Positions 45,938 to 59,251 of a stretch of DNA of 64,000 nucleotides are shown here, piece after piece; within the stretch, counting starts at the first letter, position 1; each line of letters begins with the position of its first letter. The notes under the pieces were generated by a model. It was not told the origin of the DNA. It made no database searches and saw only the letters and a program-made list of their open reading frames with translations. Source of the stretch: Octopus sinensis (lineage: Eukaryota); contig NC_043000.1 of NCBI RefSeq assembly GCF_006345805.1, forward strand, positions 128,030,001 to 128,094,000. The letters are read 5' to 3'. A program made the position numbers and the translations under genes.

Positions 45938-46320
45938 TCATCATTTAACGTCCGTTTTCCATGCTGGCATGGGTTGGACGATTTGACAGAAGCTGGTCAG
46001 CTGAAGAACTGCCCAAGCTCCATATCTGTTTTGGCATGGTTTCTACGGTTGGATGCCCTTCCTAATGCCAACCGCTTTACATAGTGTACTATATGCGTTT
46101 ACGTGGCACCAGCACCTACGAGCCTGCAAGATTAGGAATGCTCAGCTGGAGTGGGGTGGGGGCGCATGGGACAAGCCTGTATGCAAGGACTACCACGCTT
46201 TTACTTAGCTTGATATGTCTTTTGAAGCATAGCCAGCCTCCAGGAGTCTTAGCCCTCTGTCATCCCATCTGTGAGTCCTAACGTCTGTAGATCCTTTCTC
46301 ACCATGTCGTCCCATGTTTA
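45938..46320 (-). mobile_element. RTE-family 3' end
   Basis: catcatttaacgtccgttttccatgctggcatgggttggacg.. tail and ggatgcccttcctaatgccaacc module. Confidence 0.8.
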
Positions 46321-47225
46321 AAAACTTTTTTAACTTGCATAATATATATTTACATGCTTAAGGGGGACATGTTGTTTGCAGGCAAGAAGACATCTGGTCT
46401 TCGTTTACAGACAAGGGGACAACTATTGACATGTTTCTGTGTTATTTAGTCCTCATTATCATAACGATTTACTCAAATTTATCTTGATCAATTGAAATTA
46501 GTTTTCAGATAAAGAAAATGAGTTACAAAAAGTTTCGACTAGAAATAATTTGTATGTTTGAAAAAATTAAGTAAGTCACAAGCAGTGTAGGTTCCCAGTG
46601 CCTGTGATGAGGCAAGTAATTCTGGGAAGGCACACTATTTTGCTTATTCATTACTTCTATTTTATTTATTTATTCTGAAAATTTCCTCCCAGGACAACAC
46701 CCACATCATGTCACTGGCTATAGGAAATAGCACAACTGGATCAATAATGTGACTTAGATAAATAAATTAAAAGGTAAGATACTGAACAACATGTAAAAAA
46801 TTATCAGTTAAGCTTTCCCCACTCAGCTGGAGGAAAAAAAAATCGGCGATGATTATTAGGAAATTTCAACAAAAAGGGGAGATAATTTAAAGAAATTTAA
46901 TAGGTTCATAAAATTTATTCACATGCTTAAACTGTGACCATCATGTCGTTTTCTCAGATACATTACACCCATGACCACATTATCAAATGTGTTCTTTTTA
47001 TGACTTTGAGATGTGTTTGAAGAAAATTTCGTTACTGTTTTTGTGCAGATTGTGTACCATCTAGAGGTTTCACACTGTTTGGCTCCAAAGTTGTTGGGTT
47101 GATCATATCAGGTCTAACTGAAAACAGTCTTTGTCATAGGTAATCAGACATCACAAGTCAAGATATAGTGAACTCAACATTTATAAATATATATATCCAT
47201 GGTGTGTGCATGTGTATGTATGTAT

Positions 47226-47892
47226 ATGGATGAGGACAGCTATGTGAAAAAGTGTCACACCCTAGCATTGGAGGGAACCTGTGGAAGAGGTAGACCCAGG
47301 AAGACCTGGGGTGAGGCATGACCTTTGAATGTTAGGCCTCCAGGAGGTGATGACGAGTGATCGAGACTGTAACCATGGCCTATGCCAGTGCAGCATAACC
47401 AGCCCATTTCAGAGTAACCTTCAGTACTGAACAACAAACTGTGCTTGCAAAGACCTGTTGAGTCAAGTGGAGTCATTCTCATGGCCAATGACAGTCCCGC
47501 CTGACTAGTACCCATGCTGGTGGAACGTAAAAAGCACCATTTGAGTGTGGTCGATGCTAGTGCCACCTGATGGTCCCATGCTAGTGGCATGTAAAAAGCA
47601 CTGTTCGAGCGTGGTTGTTGCCAGTGCTGCTTGACTGGCTCCCATGCCGGGGCACATAAGCACCATTCAAGCATGGTCAATGCCAGTACCGCCTGACTGG
47701 CCCTCATGCCAGTGGCATGTAAAAATCGCCCACTAGACTCTTGGAGTAGTAGGCGTTAGGAAGGGCATCCATCTGTAGAAACTTTGCCAGATTAGATTGG
47801 AGCCTGGTACAGCCTTCTGGCTTGCCAGTCCTCTGTCAAACCGTCCAACCCATGCCAGCATGGAAAGCAGACATTAAATGATGATGGTGATG

Positions 47893-47894
<2 letters not shown>
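47226..47894 (+). mobile_element. RTE LINE 3' fragment
   Basis: [27 protein letters not shown], modular 3'UTR, (ATG)n tail. Confidence 0.88.
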
Positions 47895-47921
<27 letters not shown>

Positions 47922-47923
<2 letters not shown>

Positions 47924-49299
47924 CATCATCATTTAATGTCTGCCTCCCATGCTAGCATGGGTGGGACGGTACCACATAAGCCAGCCAGGCCAAAGCCTGC
48001 ACCAGACTTCTGTGACTGTTTTTGGCAGGATTTTTACAGCTGGATGCCATTCCTAACACCAACCACTCAGCAGAGTGGACTTAGTGCTTTTTATGTAGCA
48101 CAAGCACAGGTGAGGTCAGTTTTGGCAAGGGTTTTACAGCTGGATGCCCTTTTGAACACCACTCATTTTACAGTGTAGACTGGGTGCTTTTAAGTGGCAC
48201 TTGTACTGACAGAGTCACCAAGTACTTGCAAGACTTGAGGAGAGGAGACACTGGAGGAGGTGATGATGAAAAGGTTATAGTGAAACAGATATAGGTGTCT
48301 TGCACAAGAGGAAGTACAAGGTTGCCTGGCTGGAGAGAGAAAGATCAGGAATGAAGACAAAAACAGATGTGCTACCACAAAGAAAATACATAGTTGCCCA
48401 ACCTGAGGGAAGTGCAGGAGATGGAGAAAGAGTGTGGGAGACTGCAGGATGGAGATGGTAGCAAAATGCCAGGCATGCTCACAAGGAACGGGGATCAGAG
48501 TATAAATGAGATAGTTGAGTAAAGGAAGCTAGAGATATAGATGGTGGCAAGTGCCAGGACATACCCTTGAGGTTCAAATGCCATAATATAAGTGACATGA
48601 TATTGCAAAAGGAGTGCGATTAAAGAGTGTGAGTAAGTAGTGAAAGACCTGGGTATATATAGAATTGGAAGGTTTACTGGATAGATATAGAATTGGAGGG
48701 TCTACTGGATAGCAATGATACAGAGGAACAGGGGTGTGAGGACAGGATTGGGGAGTGATAGCTAGGCATAGTGAATGAAAAGAGAAAATGCGAGAAAGAG
48801 ATGTAAATTGGTTTGTTGGGGTAGGGTGAGGGGAAAATTTTCTTGTTACATGTGGGTGGAACACAGCGGTCAAGGACTAGCATATGGCAGAGTGAGACAA
48901 GGCATGTGAGTAGAACGCACAGGTGGGGGGCAAGCAGAGAGCAATGATAGAGTAACACCAGGCCAAGAGGACAAGATTTGGGAGTGGGAGGTAATCATAG
49001 TACATGAAGCAGAAATGTGAGGAAGAGAAGGGATGTAGAGAGGTAGTTAGGGTTAGGGTAGAGTGTGTGAGAAGTTTTCTACACAGCACTTCTAGAAGTC
49101 AGGTTCACTAATGTGGGCATGTCTTCTCAAGAACTTCATATTGCCAGACATCTCAGTCCATGGTCATTTCCTTCATGAAGTCCAACTTCCTGAGATCAGT
49201 CCTTACCACTTCATCCCATGTCTTCTTGGGTCTCCTCCCTCTTTCATGTTTACCATCACTTTCAGATTGGCACTTCTTTATGCAACTGTCCTCATTCAT
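47922..49299 (-). mobile_element. RTE LINE 3' fragment with long 3'UTR, tail-to-tail with the previous copy
   Basis: MNEDSCIKKC..GRRPKKTWDEVVRTDL at 49153-49299; tail at 47922. Confidence 0.8.
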
Positions 49300-49650
49300 A
49301 TATATATGTGTGTGTGTGTTAAATAAAATAAGATAACAAGGCCAAGGCAATTTGATATTCCTAAGACATTTATAAATAGAAAGGTGGTCTTACAGCTGTT
49401 TCAGAGAAATAAATGATATCCCATCATCAGAGATGAGTTAAAAGAGCTTCAGTAGAAGGAATTAGTAGAGTTCATTATTCTGGAGAGGGTGAGATATACA
49501 AGAAATTAGATATAATGCAGGAAGTATAAAAGGAAAATATGAAAATAAAAATATATGTTGGATGTTAAAGTTGCTGTTCCTGCCTTTTGGGTCTTCTGGA
49601 TACCAAGATATCTCATATTATTATATACATATATATATATATATATATAA

Positions 49651-49840
49651 AGGTGCAGGCATGGCTGTGTGATTAAGCAGTTTGCTTCTCAACCATGTGG
49701 TTTCAGGTTCGACCCCACTGCATGGCATCTTAGGCAAGTGTCTTCTACTTCTACAACAATTCAGGGCTGATCAATGTCTTGTGAGTAATTTTAATAAATA
49801 GAAACTGAAAGAAGCCTGTTGTGTGTGTGTGTGCATGTGC
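49651..49840 (+). mobile_element. tRNA/CORE-type SINE, 5' half
   Basis: Head GGTGCAGGCATGGCTGTGTG..GGTTCGACCCCACTG, CORE-like segment. Confidence 0.75.
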
Positions 49841-50146
49841 TTGTCTAATTGCCTTGATAGGTTGTAGATTCTTACTTGTGGATCATTGAAGAGTAACTGT
49901 TTCTCAAACCTTTCCACCTATGCCAATCTGGAAAATTAAATGCAGAGCAGTGATAATAGGAATATTGAATAAGAAGTTTATCTTATTTTTGTTTCTTATT
50001 TCAGATGTGCTGTCATCTTATAGTTACATTTGGGAATATAGAGGCAGTGCTTTTGTTTCTTGTGAGGCGTATGAATTATGATATATTCTCACCATCTTTA
50101 TATACTGCTTCATACAATTACTTTTATCTAATTATTATATTTGCAG

Positions 50147-51482
50147 GTACATTTTGATGACAGTCAATTTGAATACAAACACACACCTGAGGGGACTGGC
50201 AGGTGTTTGAAACCAGGTGCTATTCCAACACTATTTGATATGCAGTCTGGAACCATTTGTCAGTCTAATTTAACTAACCTTCACACTAGCCAATCCCGGA
50301 GACATAAGAAAATTGTTGGTGAGTTCAATCCTATACTGTGTTTGTCAAATCTCGAGCAGAGAAACCATCAACTACCAGGGCTGTCAAAACATACAAGTAT
50401 TTCTACAAACATCTTCAATGCTACAAGCAGTCACAATATTATTGATATGAACTTCTTTAAAAAGAAACAGACTGAGAAAATAGTTAATTCTCTTCCTATT
50501 ACTTCATACATTGATGAACAGACAAACTTTTCTCAGTTTTCAAATCAAATTCAATACAACTATCACAGGAAACCTCAAGCCTCAAGCTCTAATGATACAT
50601 TAACATTTCCTTCCAAAAGAATGGAGTCTATTCATCAACCAAATCTTTCTCTTTCAACTAATGAAAGTGTTGCTTCTATGTTGCCTGTTCCTTCACACCA
50701 TCTTCTACATACTGAATCACCTAATGTAAATTTACAGCCTCTTCTACAACCTGGAGAAATTAAAGTAGAGTATGTAGAAGACTCTTCTCAGAACTCAGAA
50801 AGAAGCATTGGTGAACAAGTAAAGACTATCTCACCTCATCTTTCATCCCCCAAATTACATACTGTTAAACTATCCAGTGAAAATATTCAAAATTCATTGT
50901 TACAAGATCAAGCAGAAACTTCAGAAATGTATCCTCAGACCCATCTTGGAAATCTTTCTTCATTGATGTCCCATGAGTCAAAAGAACCTAGAAACTATCC
51001 AAGCAACACTACATTGATAAAAGATATTGAAATTGAGTCAAATGCTTCTAAAGATGAAGAGGATCTTCAGTTTCAGAGACTGTCTGATCAATCAGATGTT
51101 GGCATAAAGAAAGACACAGTGAAGACTGTAAAAAGTCATTTCAGTCCAACTATTTCTTTACATTCCAATTCAATTTACAATCAAGGTTTACAATATTCAT
51201 CTCAGTCCAATGTCACAAAAGTTGAAACTTCCATATTAAAATCTCCCGTGACTACCCCTGATGTGCTTGTCAATGAAATTGAATCAAAACACTTGTATTA
51301 CTTCCATATGTCAAGTGACTCACGGATACAAACGTCTGAACCAAATGAGGATATTAGTCAGCAGGATTTAGAATGCCATAGACTTGTAAGGGGAGCTCAG
51401 AACCTAGAGAATAATGAATCTTTTAATAATAGAGTGGATATAAGAAATATTGGGCCATGTTATACACCAATATCTGAATCAG
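50147..51482 (+). CDS. THAP-domain protein, coding exon 2 (end of THAP domain plus long S/N/Q/E-rich linker)
   Basis: Acceptor ttgcAG at 50145-50146; VHFDDSQFE...LKPGAIPTLF completes the THAP domain (H ligand, AVPTIF-like box); 1336-nt open frame; donor GTAACA at 51483, phase 1. Confidence 0.9.
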
Positions 51483-51783
51483 GTAACATATCAATTTATT
51501 ATTACCTTCTTTCTGTGCAAAGAGCATCATGTGTGTGTGTATGTGTGCATCATGTAGCATTACTTCTCAGATTTCTGACTCTCTAAAGCTCTCTTCCCAC
51601 TCATATTTTAATTTTTAACTGAAGGCATTGATTTATACAAGTTCAAATTGAATATCAGTTGCATTGGTCTCCTTAATTTTAGTAAAGTTTGCAAACAGTG
51701 GCTTTTCCTCCACAAATGCATTGCATAAAAATGCCTAGTGTATGAAGAATGGATGCAAATAACAAATCCAATATTGATAAATA

Positions 51784-52190
51784 CCCTCTGTGTGAAAAGT
51801 CTGGCTGCATACACGTTAGCATATGTCAGGTACATACAATTGACAACACAATTAATTAAGATTTATTCAGTGAGTTCTATTCAACACATGTTTACACGTG
51901 GAATTAGCAGAATCATTATTAACTTTAGTTTTGGCCAATAAAGTTGAACTGAAAAACCCTACAACGAGGCATGAATTGCATGAAGCCGTCTTGCAGTCTT
52001 GGGAAGAGCTATCTGAGCGGAAAATTTGTGGATGTATTCAACATCAAACTCGTGTTCGGCATCAAATAGTTGACTGTTGTGGTGGTAACAGATTCATGTA
52101 ATAAATTTTGTGTTTATTTTTGTTTCATAATATATATTTTTTCGGATGCAGCCAAGAGGTACATTTTATGGGAGACTTCTTAAAGGAGGG
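51784..52190 (+). mobile_element. Tc1-like deletion derivative / MITE in THAP gene intron 2
   Basis: TA-flanked imperfect TIRs ccctc..aagtct..ggctgcat; Tc1-like C-terminal peptide PTTRHELHEAVLQSWEEL...VDCCGGNRF. Confidence 0.65.
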
Positions 52191-52369
52191 TACATATATG
52201 CTATATGTAACCTACTTCAAATATATTGTATGGATTTTTTTTTATACTCTAATTTAGATACCAGAACTTGCCAGTGCCTGCAAGTTCATAAAAATTTCCT
52301 ATTGTCTTTTGCTTAAATAAATATTTAATGTATTATTAACTCCATTTTTCTCTTTTTTTCTTAATCTAG

Positions 52370-52764
52370 TATCAACAAGTCCAAGAGTTACAAAATACCA
52401 CGAAAGAATCAGTCCAAATATTATGCAAAAAAGAGACAAACAATTGCCAAAAAGTAGAATTAACCATAAACTTGTATCAGTGGAAAATTTACATCGGAAA
52501 TTGAAAGAAGAAAAGAGAAAATGTCAAAAATTGAGACTCGAAAACCAAAAGTTGAGAAAACAACTTGGTCCACTTCGCAATTTGCAAAACTGGATTAACA
52601 GGCTTCTTAACACTAATGAAAGTAACCAGTTTGAAGAACTGAATTTTCGAGAAAACTCTACTGATACACTTCAAAAGGCTCTTAAACTCTGTTCTACAGT
52701 ATGTGGTTATTTAAGCAATGTTGTCAGTCTTCCATTTTATTCAAATATTACCAGATCAATATAG
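52370..52764 (+). CDS. THAP-domain protein, coding exon 3 (coiled coil plus P-transposase-like stub, stop TAG)
   Basis: Polypyrimidine tract and ctAG at 52368-52369; phase 1 joins in frame with ORF 52423-52764 (RKLKEEKRKCQKLRLENQKLRKQL; DTLQKALKLCSTVCGY). Confidence 0.8.
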
Positions 52765-53403
52765 AAGAATTAAGTATTACCATAACTCATCTTTCTTTGA
52801 GTAATTTTTACTCCAGTGATGCAAAAGTAAGAATTCCTTACATTAGAATAAAGTATAATGACTTTAAAGTTAAGGCACCAGATGAACCATATAGACATAA
52901 GTTCAAACCTTCCTACAACACCTATTTATTATGTCTTGTACTTGAACTTGATATATAATTGTGCTTGTTATGCTTGTCTGGATAGCAACAGATTTCACAG
53001 TAAAATGAAGTTTGAAACAAGTAAATCTACTTGCTCAGAGATATATTGCAATTCCCACAGTTTGATATCCATTCACAATAGAATATTGTAGTGTTATCTT
53101 ACAATAATTCCTAAGCGATAAAATAGAACTGAAATTACAGCAGTATTGGTTGGTCAAAGGTTGGCTGCGAAATGCTATAAGAAATCTAAATATTACAGAA
53201 CCTCACTATGAGTGAATGTAAATATATTCTTTTTATACTATTGACATGTGGGCAAATATGGGTGAGAGTCTCCTGACTCTCCGATCAACAGCATAGATCA
53301 GCTACTTTTAAAGCAGTCATCAATTATGCCAGCATCATAGTGGATACCCTAATTAGAAAGAATGCATTTACTTTCTTATTTAACCTGCAGTAGATTTTGT
53401 AAT

Positions 53404-53612
53404 ACTCTTTTACTTGTTTCAGTCATGTGACTGTGGCCATGCTGGAGCACCGCCTTTAGTTGAGCAAATCGACCCCAGGACTTATTCTTTGGAAGCCTAG
53501 TACTTATTCTATCGGTCTCTTCTGCCGAACCGCTAGGTTGTGGGGTACGTAAACACACCAGCATTGGTTGTCAAACGATGTTGGTGGGACAAATGCATAC
53601 ACACAAACATAT

Positions 53613-53668
<56 letters not shown>

Positions 53669-53831
53669 GGCGGGCTTCTTTCAGTTTCTGTCTTCCAAAT
53701 CCACTCACAAGGCTTTGGTTGGCCTGAAGATATAGTAGAAGACACTTGCCCAAAGTGCCACGCAGTGGGACTGAACCCGGAATCATGTGGTTGGTAAGCA
53801 AGCTAATTACCACACAGCCACTCCTACGCCT
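53404..53831 (-). mobile_element. tRNA/CORE-type SINE (OR2-like), well preserved
   Basis: Reverse complement of the same family. Confidence 0.85.
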
Positions 53832-54114
53832 AATATTTAAATTTATTTCACTTCTGATTTATGCAGTATTGTTCATTAATAGAATTAGAAGTATTCCACA
53901 CCCAAAACATTATTTGGTCAGGAGTATAACTGGTTATGATTCTCTTTAAAAAACAATACTGCATCTGTTTCTGATAGCTACTCCTTAAATAAGGAGTAAC
54001 AAAGTGTGTGTTGTTTAAATTAAATTTTTCATTATTATCAGCCTTAAATATCATTTCAAATAAGCTAAATATAAAATGTACTCTATCATGAAAAATATAA
54101 TGATAAAAACAATA

Positions 54115-54850
54115 ATCCTTTCTACTATAGGTACATGGCCTGAAATTTGGGGAAGGGAGATAGTTGATTACATTGAGCTCAGTGCGGAATTGGTACTTAT
54201 TTTTACAAACTCAAAATAGTGAAAGGCAAATTAGCCTCGGTAGAATTTCATCTCAGAATTTAAAAAGCCAGAAGAAAAGCCACAAGACATTATTTTGTTG
54301 ACTGCCCTAATTGTTCTGTCATTTCATTGCCTCATAATTGTTTCTAATATAGGCACAAAGTGAGCATATTTCAGGAGAGAGGTTTTGTTGATTAAATTGA
54401 CCCCGGTACTTGACTGGTCCTTTATATTATCAACACCCAGACAGATAAAAGACAGCTAACATGATCATCATCATTTAATGTCCATTTTCTATGCTGACGT
54501 GGGTTTGACGGTTTGACAGAAGCTGACCAGGTGAAGGTCTTTTCAGGCTTCATGTCTGTTTTGGCATGGTTTCTACAGCTGGATACCTTTCTTAACACCA
54601 ACCACTTTTCAGAGTGTACTGGGTGCTTGTACACAGCACTGGTACATGTGCTTTTTACATAACACCAGCACTTATGATCCTGCAAGATTAGGGATGCTCA
54701 GCTGGAGGGCGTTGCAAGGAACGAGCTTGCCACGTAAATAATATCATCATTTAACATCTGCTTTCCATGCTGGCATGGGTTGAATGGTTTGACAGGAGCT
54801 AGCTAGACAGAAGACGGCTATGCTTCACTGTCTGTTTTAGCATGGTTTTT
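54115..54850 (-). mobile_element. Cluster of decayed SINE copies and two RTE-family 3' ends
   Basis: SINE modules 54115-54430; catcatcatttaa..tails at about 54465 and 54745. Confidence 0.65.
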
Positions 54851-56908
54851 ATAGCAGAATGTTATTAAAATTTGCAGAATTAGTTAATCACCTTAAAAAC
54901 ATAAAACCTACATTCTTGAGGTTGTATTTCCTCTTACAGGTATGTTTGTGTGTGTGTGTGTATGTACTTTTGCATTGGTTTCTTGCATGTATATCTATTT
55001 ATTTGTGTATTTGCGTGTTCAGAAATGTAAAATTGCCGTATTATATTCTGTTCCGACACAGTTTACATCCTCCTCTCCGCCCTTCTCATCTTTTTTTATT
55101 CTCCCACATTGCCTTCTTCTTTCACTTTCTCTCGTTCTTGATTTATTCTATTGCTCTCTCACTTTTCTTTAGATAAGCATATTGCACACATTTTTCTCTT
55201 GTTCTGATTCCATTAGTAGAACCTCAAAAACAAACATCTCTGGAAAAAGATAAAATTTTCCTCCATTTAGTCCCACTGGGTGGCACTTTGGTCAAGTGTT
55301 TTCTACACTAGCCTTGTGCCTACCAAAGCTTTGAGTAGATTTCATTGATAGGAACTGAAAGAAGCCTATTTGTGTGTGTGTGTGCATGGAGGTGTTAATG
55401 TGTTTGTATCCCCTTGTCTTGATGTCATGTAATGAGCATCACTCTCACATAAGTGACATCCTTCATTTAAAATCTTCAATGGAAACCTGTTTAGTCCAAT
55501 TAGAGAGAAATATTACCTTGCATGGAAAGACTTGATGGTTGATGAAAGGAAGGGTATCTGGCAGTAGAAAATCTGCCTCTAACAATTGAAAAGTGTACAT
55601 GAAAATAACATTGATAATAAATGTGAGTAGAAATAGTGTAGTTTCTACTGCTGGATGCTCTTCCTATCATCAACCACTTTACAGAGTGTAGTGGGTGCAT
55701 TTTATCATGGCATCAGCATTAAAGAGGTTGTCATAACCTCTAAAAAAATAAAAGCTCCTTTCAAATCTTTGTTGTCTTTATTTGTTTGCCAACTACTTTA
55801 CACAGTTTTATTATGTCAGCATTCGTAAGGTTACCTTGTACTTCTGAAGTCTATAGTGTGTATTTGTATGTGTATATATACAATCATCATTTAATACCCA
55901 CTTTTCCATGCTTGCATGGGTTAGATGGAATTTGCTGCAGCAAATTTTATATGTATACATACCCTTCCTGTTGTTAACCCTCACTTTTTATCAAGCAAGG
56001 TAATATTTCCTGTGGCCAGACAGGTTTTTTCCTGAAAAATATGCACAGAATTGTAATCCTTATTTTACAGGCTACATGCCTGACCCTCTCATACTTGTTC
56101 TGCAGTTTAGAATTAACTTAGTTAGTTACTGTATTTTGCCTATGCCATTTATTGTAGCCATTAGCCTCAGAACTTGTCTTCTAAACTGGGAGAAGTATAG
56201 ATTTTTTAATACATAGCTTCTCGCAATAGCTTACTACCATAAGCTCAATTCCTCCTGGTCCAAATGCTCATCCATAGTTAAATTACACACTGTTACCTTT
56301 CAATATACAACTACAGTTGCACAATCGTTTGTCTGGTGTGATTAGAATTTTCAAACTGCATTCTTTCAGAGAAAGCTGTATCTTTCAATCCAACAACTAT
56401 TCTAACATTTAAGAATTTGTCATGTAAAGCTCCCTACTCATATTTTTTCTTCTAGTGCATACAATAAAATTATGGGTTTACAGTTCACTTACAAACTGTT
56501 AGTAAATAGTGTTTCTTCAATACAGAAATTCAGTGTGGGTTTTTTTTTCTTTTGTTAGAATGTGTTTCAGTTGATTTTCTTAGCCCTAGATTATAGCTTA
56601 AGATGATTTTGACACAAACTCTTCTTTTATTCTTGTGGTATTACTTCACAGAGTTATTGTAAGTGAGATAATAATTTTTTCATAATATTTGGTGGGATTA
56701 GAATTTTGAATTTGAAATTAAGGAACAAGCAAAAAAAATTGCATAGAATACACATTTAATTACTTATTTATTATGAAGTTCTTAGAATTTCTAGCTAATG
56801 ACAAATATATATAGCAGTGTTTCGTTCTTTTTAAAAATCATCAGCATGATATGACCTCAGATACAGTAATTAAATATTTTAATGAAGCAAGACTTTTATA
56901 GATGAGAA

Positions 56909-57708
56909 GGATCTTTTCCTTTTGAACGGCACTTTTCAACACAATTTCTAGTTAACTAAACACTTTTAAACTTCGTATACTGGTAGAATGTGTTTATAAA
57001 ACATCATTTTTTCTTGGCTTTATTGAGAAAATTCTATATGTTGTAACATATTTCGTCTTTAAATTCGAGCATTTCAGCAATTTTAACCAGTCGCTGATGT
57101 CCATTTAGGTAAATAACATTCTGTGCATAATGAATATGTACCTCCTTTAAGAAACAGATTGGGTTTATTTACATTTGTGAAGAAAAAAGATACCCTTCCC
57201 CAACCCCTAACTCTCACCCTAAATCTAAAATAGATTGAAAAGCAATAGATCAATACTAGGGTTATAATTATGGGTGACAATTTCATACGACACCGCTACG
57301 GAAAATGGGATTTTTTTCTAGCGTGTCAAATGAAAATGTCACCCATAATTATAGCCCTAGTATCGATCTATTGCATTTCAATCTATTTTAGATTTAGGGT
57401 TAGGGTTAGAGGTTGGGGAAGGGTATCTTTTTTTCTTCACAAATGTAAATAAACCCAATCTGTTTCTTAAAGGAGGTACATATTCATTATGCACAGAATG
57501 TTATTTACCTAAATGGACATCAGCGATTGGTTAAAATTGCTGAAATGCTTGAAATTAAAGACAAAATATGTTACAACATATAGAATTTTCTCAATAAAGC
57601 CAAGAGAAAATGACGTTTTATAAACACATTCTACCAGTATACGAAGTTTAAAACTTTTTAGTTACCTAGAAATTATGTTACAAAGTGCCGTTTAAAAGGA
57701 AAAGATCC
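56909..57708. mobile_element. 800-bp foldback MITE, Merlin-like (GG termini, 8-bp TSD)
   Basis: Whole element is an imperfect palindrome (ggatcttttcc...ggaaaagatcc, centre about 57308); exact TSD gatgagaa at 56901-56908 and 57709-57716; internal TTAGGG-like repeats. Confidence 0.85.
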
Positions 57709-58685
57709 GATGAGAAATAATTAGTCTGAAAGAAATTTATGGAAATTGTATTTCCTTTTTCTTCATAGATTGTAAGTTAATTTCTTTTCACTGTCAGCTT
57801 AATTTTTTTTTCAAAGAACACCTTTATTTTTGTAGATCCATCATTGTATGTATCATGTGTGAATTAGTGTGTGCTTCTCAATATCCAGAACTAATTGTAA
57901 ATTCCTTCGGTGACTTTTTAATTGGAATTACTAAAGGACTTCTTTTGGCTGCTAATTAATTTTTTGACTGGGTTTGACTCACTAAAAACTCTTTGCTTAA
58001 ATATGTAAATAAATGGATTAAATTTGGAAAAATATTTTTAGATTATTTGGCTGTTATAACATCATTAGCACTGACAAATTATAATCTTACACTTATTTTT
58101 TCCAAAAACAAACATGTTTTTTTAGTAACAATGGAAATTTTTCTGAACAATTTTCTGTGATGAGCCTAAATATAAAGTGCTAAAATATTGTCAGAAAATT
58201 CTTTTGTGCAAAACTATCGATAATTTTTTAGAAGAATCTTCCATAGTTCAGACATGCTAAAAGATCATTAATGCACTTAATTTCCACTACTTTGAAAATC
58301 TACAAATCAGCTGCCTGAAGAAGAGACAATACTTAGATTTATATTACAGAAGAGAAAAGAACAAAGTACTTTATCAAAACATTGTGAAAAGTTAATTTGA
58401 AAGATATTTGGTGTTTCTGATTTTACCAGAATATTAGGTTGTGAAATGTTTTCAATAGAAACATGTTAAATTAAAATAAATATTGAGTAAATGAAAATTT
58501 ACAAAATCAAGGTAAATTTTATCCTTTGCTATATTTTACACACAGATTATATCTTGTAAAACAAAAGTTCAATGTACAGATGGAACAATATTATTATTTC
58601 TTATGTAAAATAAATGTGCTTAACTACTCTGTTATTAAAATGCCTATTTGTTCTGATTGTTGTTGTTATCATTATTATTATTATT

Positions 58686-59251
58686 AAGGTGGTGAGCTGG
58701 CAGAATCCTTAGCAGTATTTTGCCCTGCACTATTTTCTGAGTTCAAATTCTGCTGAGATCGACATTACCTTTCATCCTTTCGGGGTTGATAACTTAAGTA
58801 CCAGTGAAAAACTGAGGTTGATGTAATCGACTATTCCTCTCCCTTAAATTTCAGGCCTTGTGCCTATAGTAGAAAGGATTATTATTAATGTGGTCAACTA
58901 GCAGAATCATAACCATGTCAGACTAAATGCTTAGTGGCATTTGACTTGACTCTTTACATTGTGTGTTCAAATCAAACCAGTCAACTTAGCCTTTCATTCT
59001 TTTGGAGTTGATAAAATAAAATACCAGTTATGTATAGGGATCAATGTAATCAACTTCCTCCTCTCCTCAAAACTGTTGGCTTTGCATCAAATTTTGAAAC
59101 CATTATTATCATCATTATATGGCGGTGAGCTGGGAGTATTATTAGCACATCAAACAAAATGCTTAGTAGCATCTCTTATGGTTCTTTATATTCTGAGATC
59201 AAATACTGCCAAGGTCAACTTTGCTTTCATCCTTTCGAGGTCAATGACTTA
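58686..59251 (+). mobile_element. Three tandem SINE copies (GGCGGCGAGCTGG-head family)
   Basis: Heads at about 58686, 58885 and 59120; the last copy resumes at 59773 after a MITE. Confidence 0.78.

Noticed and set aside
50000-50090. Extra acceptor (tttcAG at about 50005) upstream of THAP exon 2
   Set aside because: Phase-0 reading soon stops and would break the THAP C..H spacing; exon 1 joins 50147 perfectly
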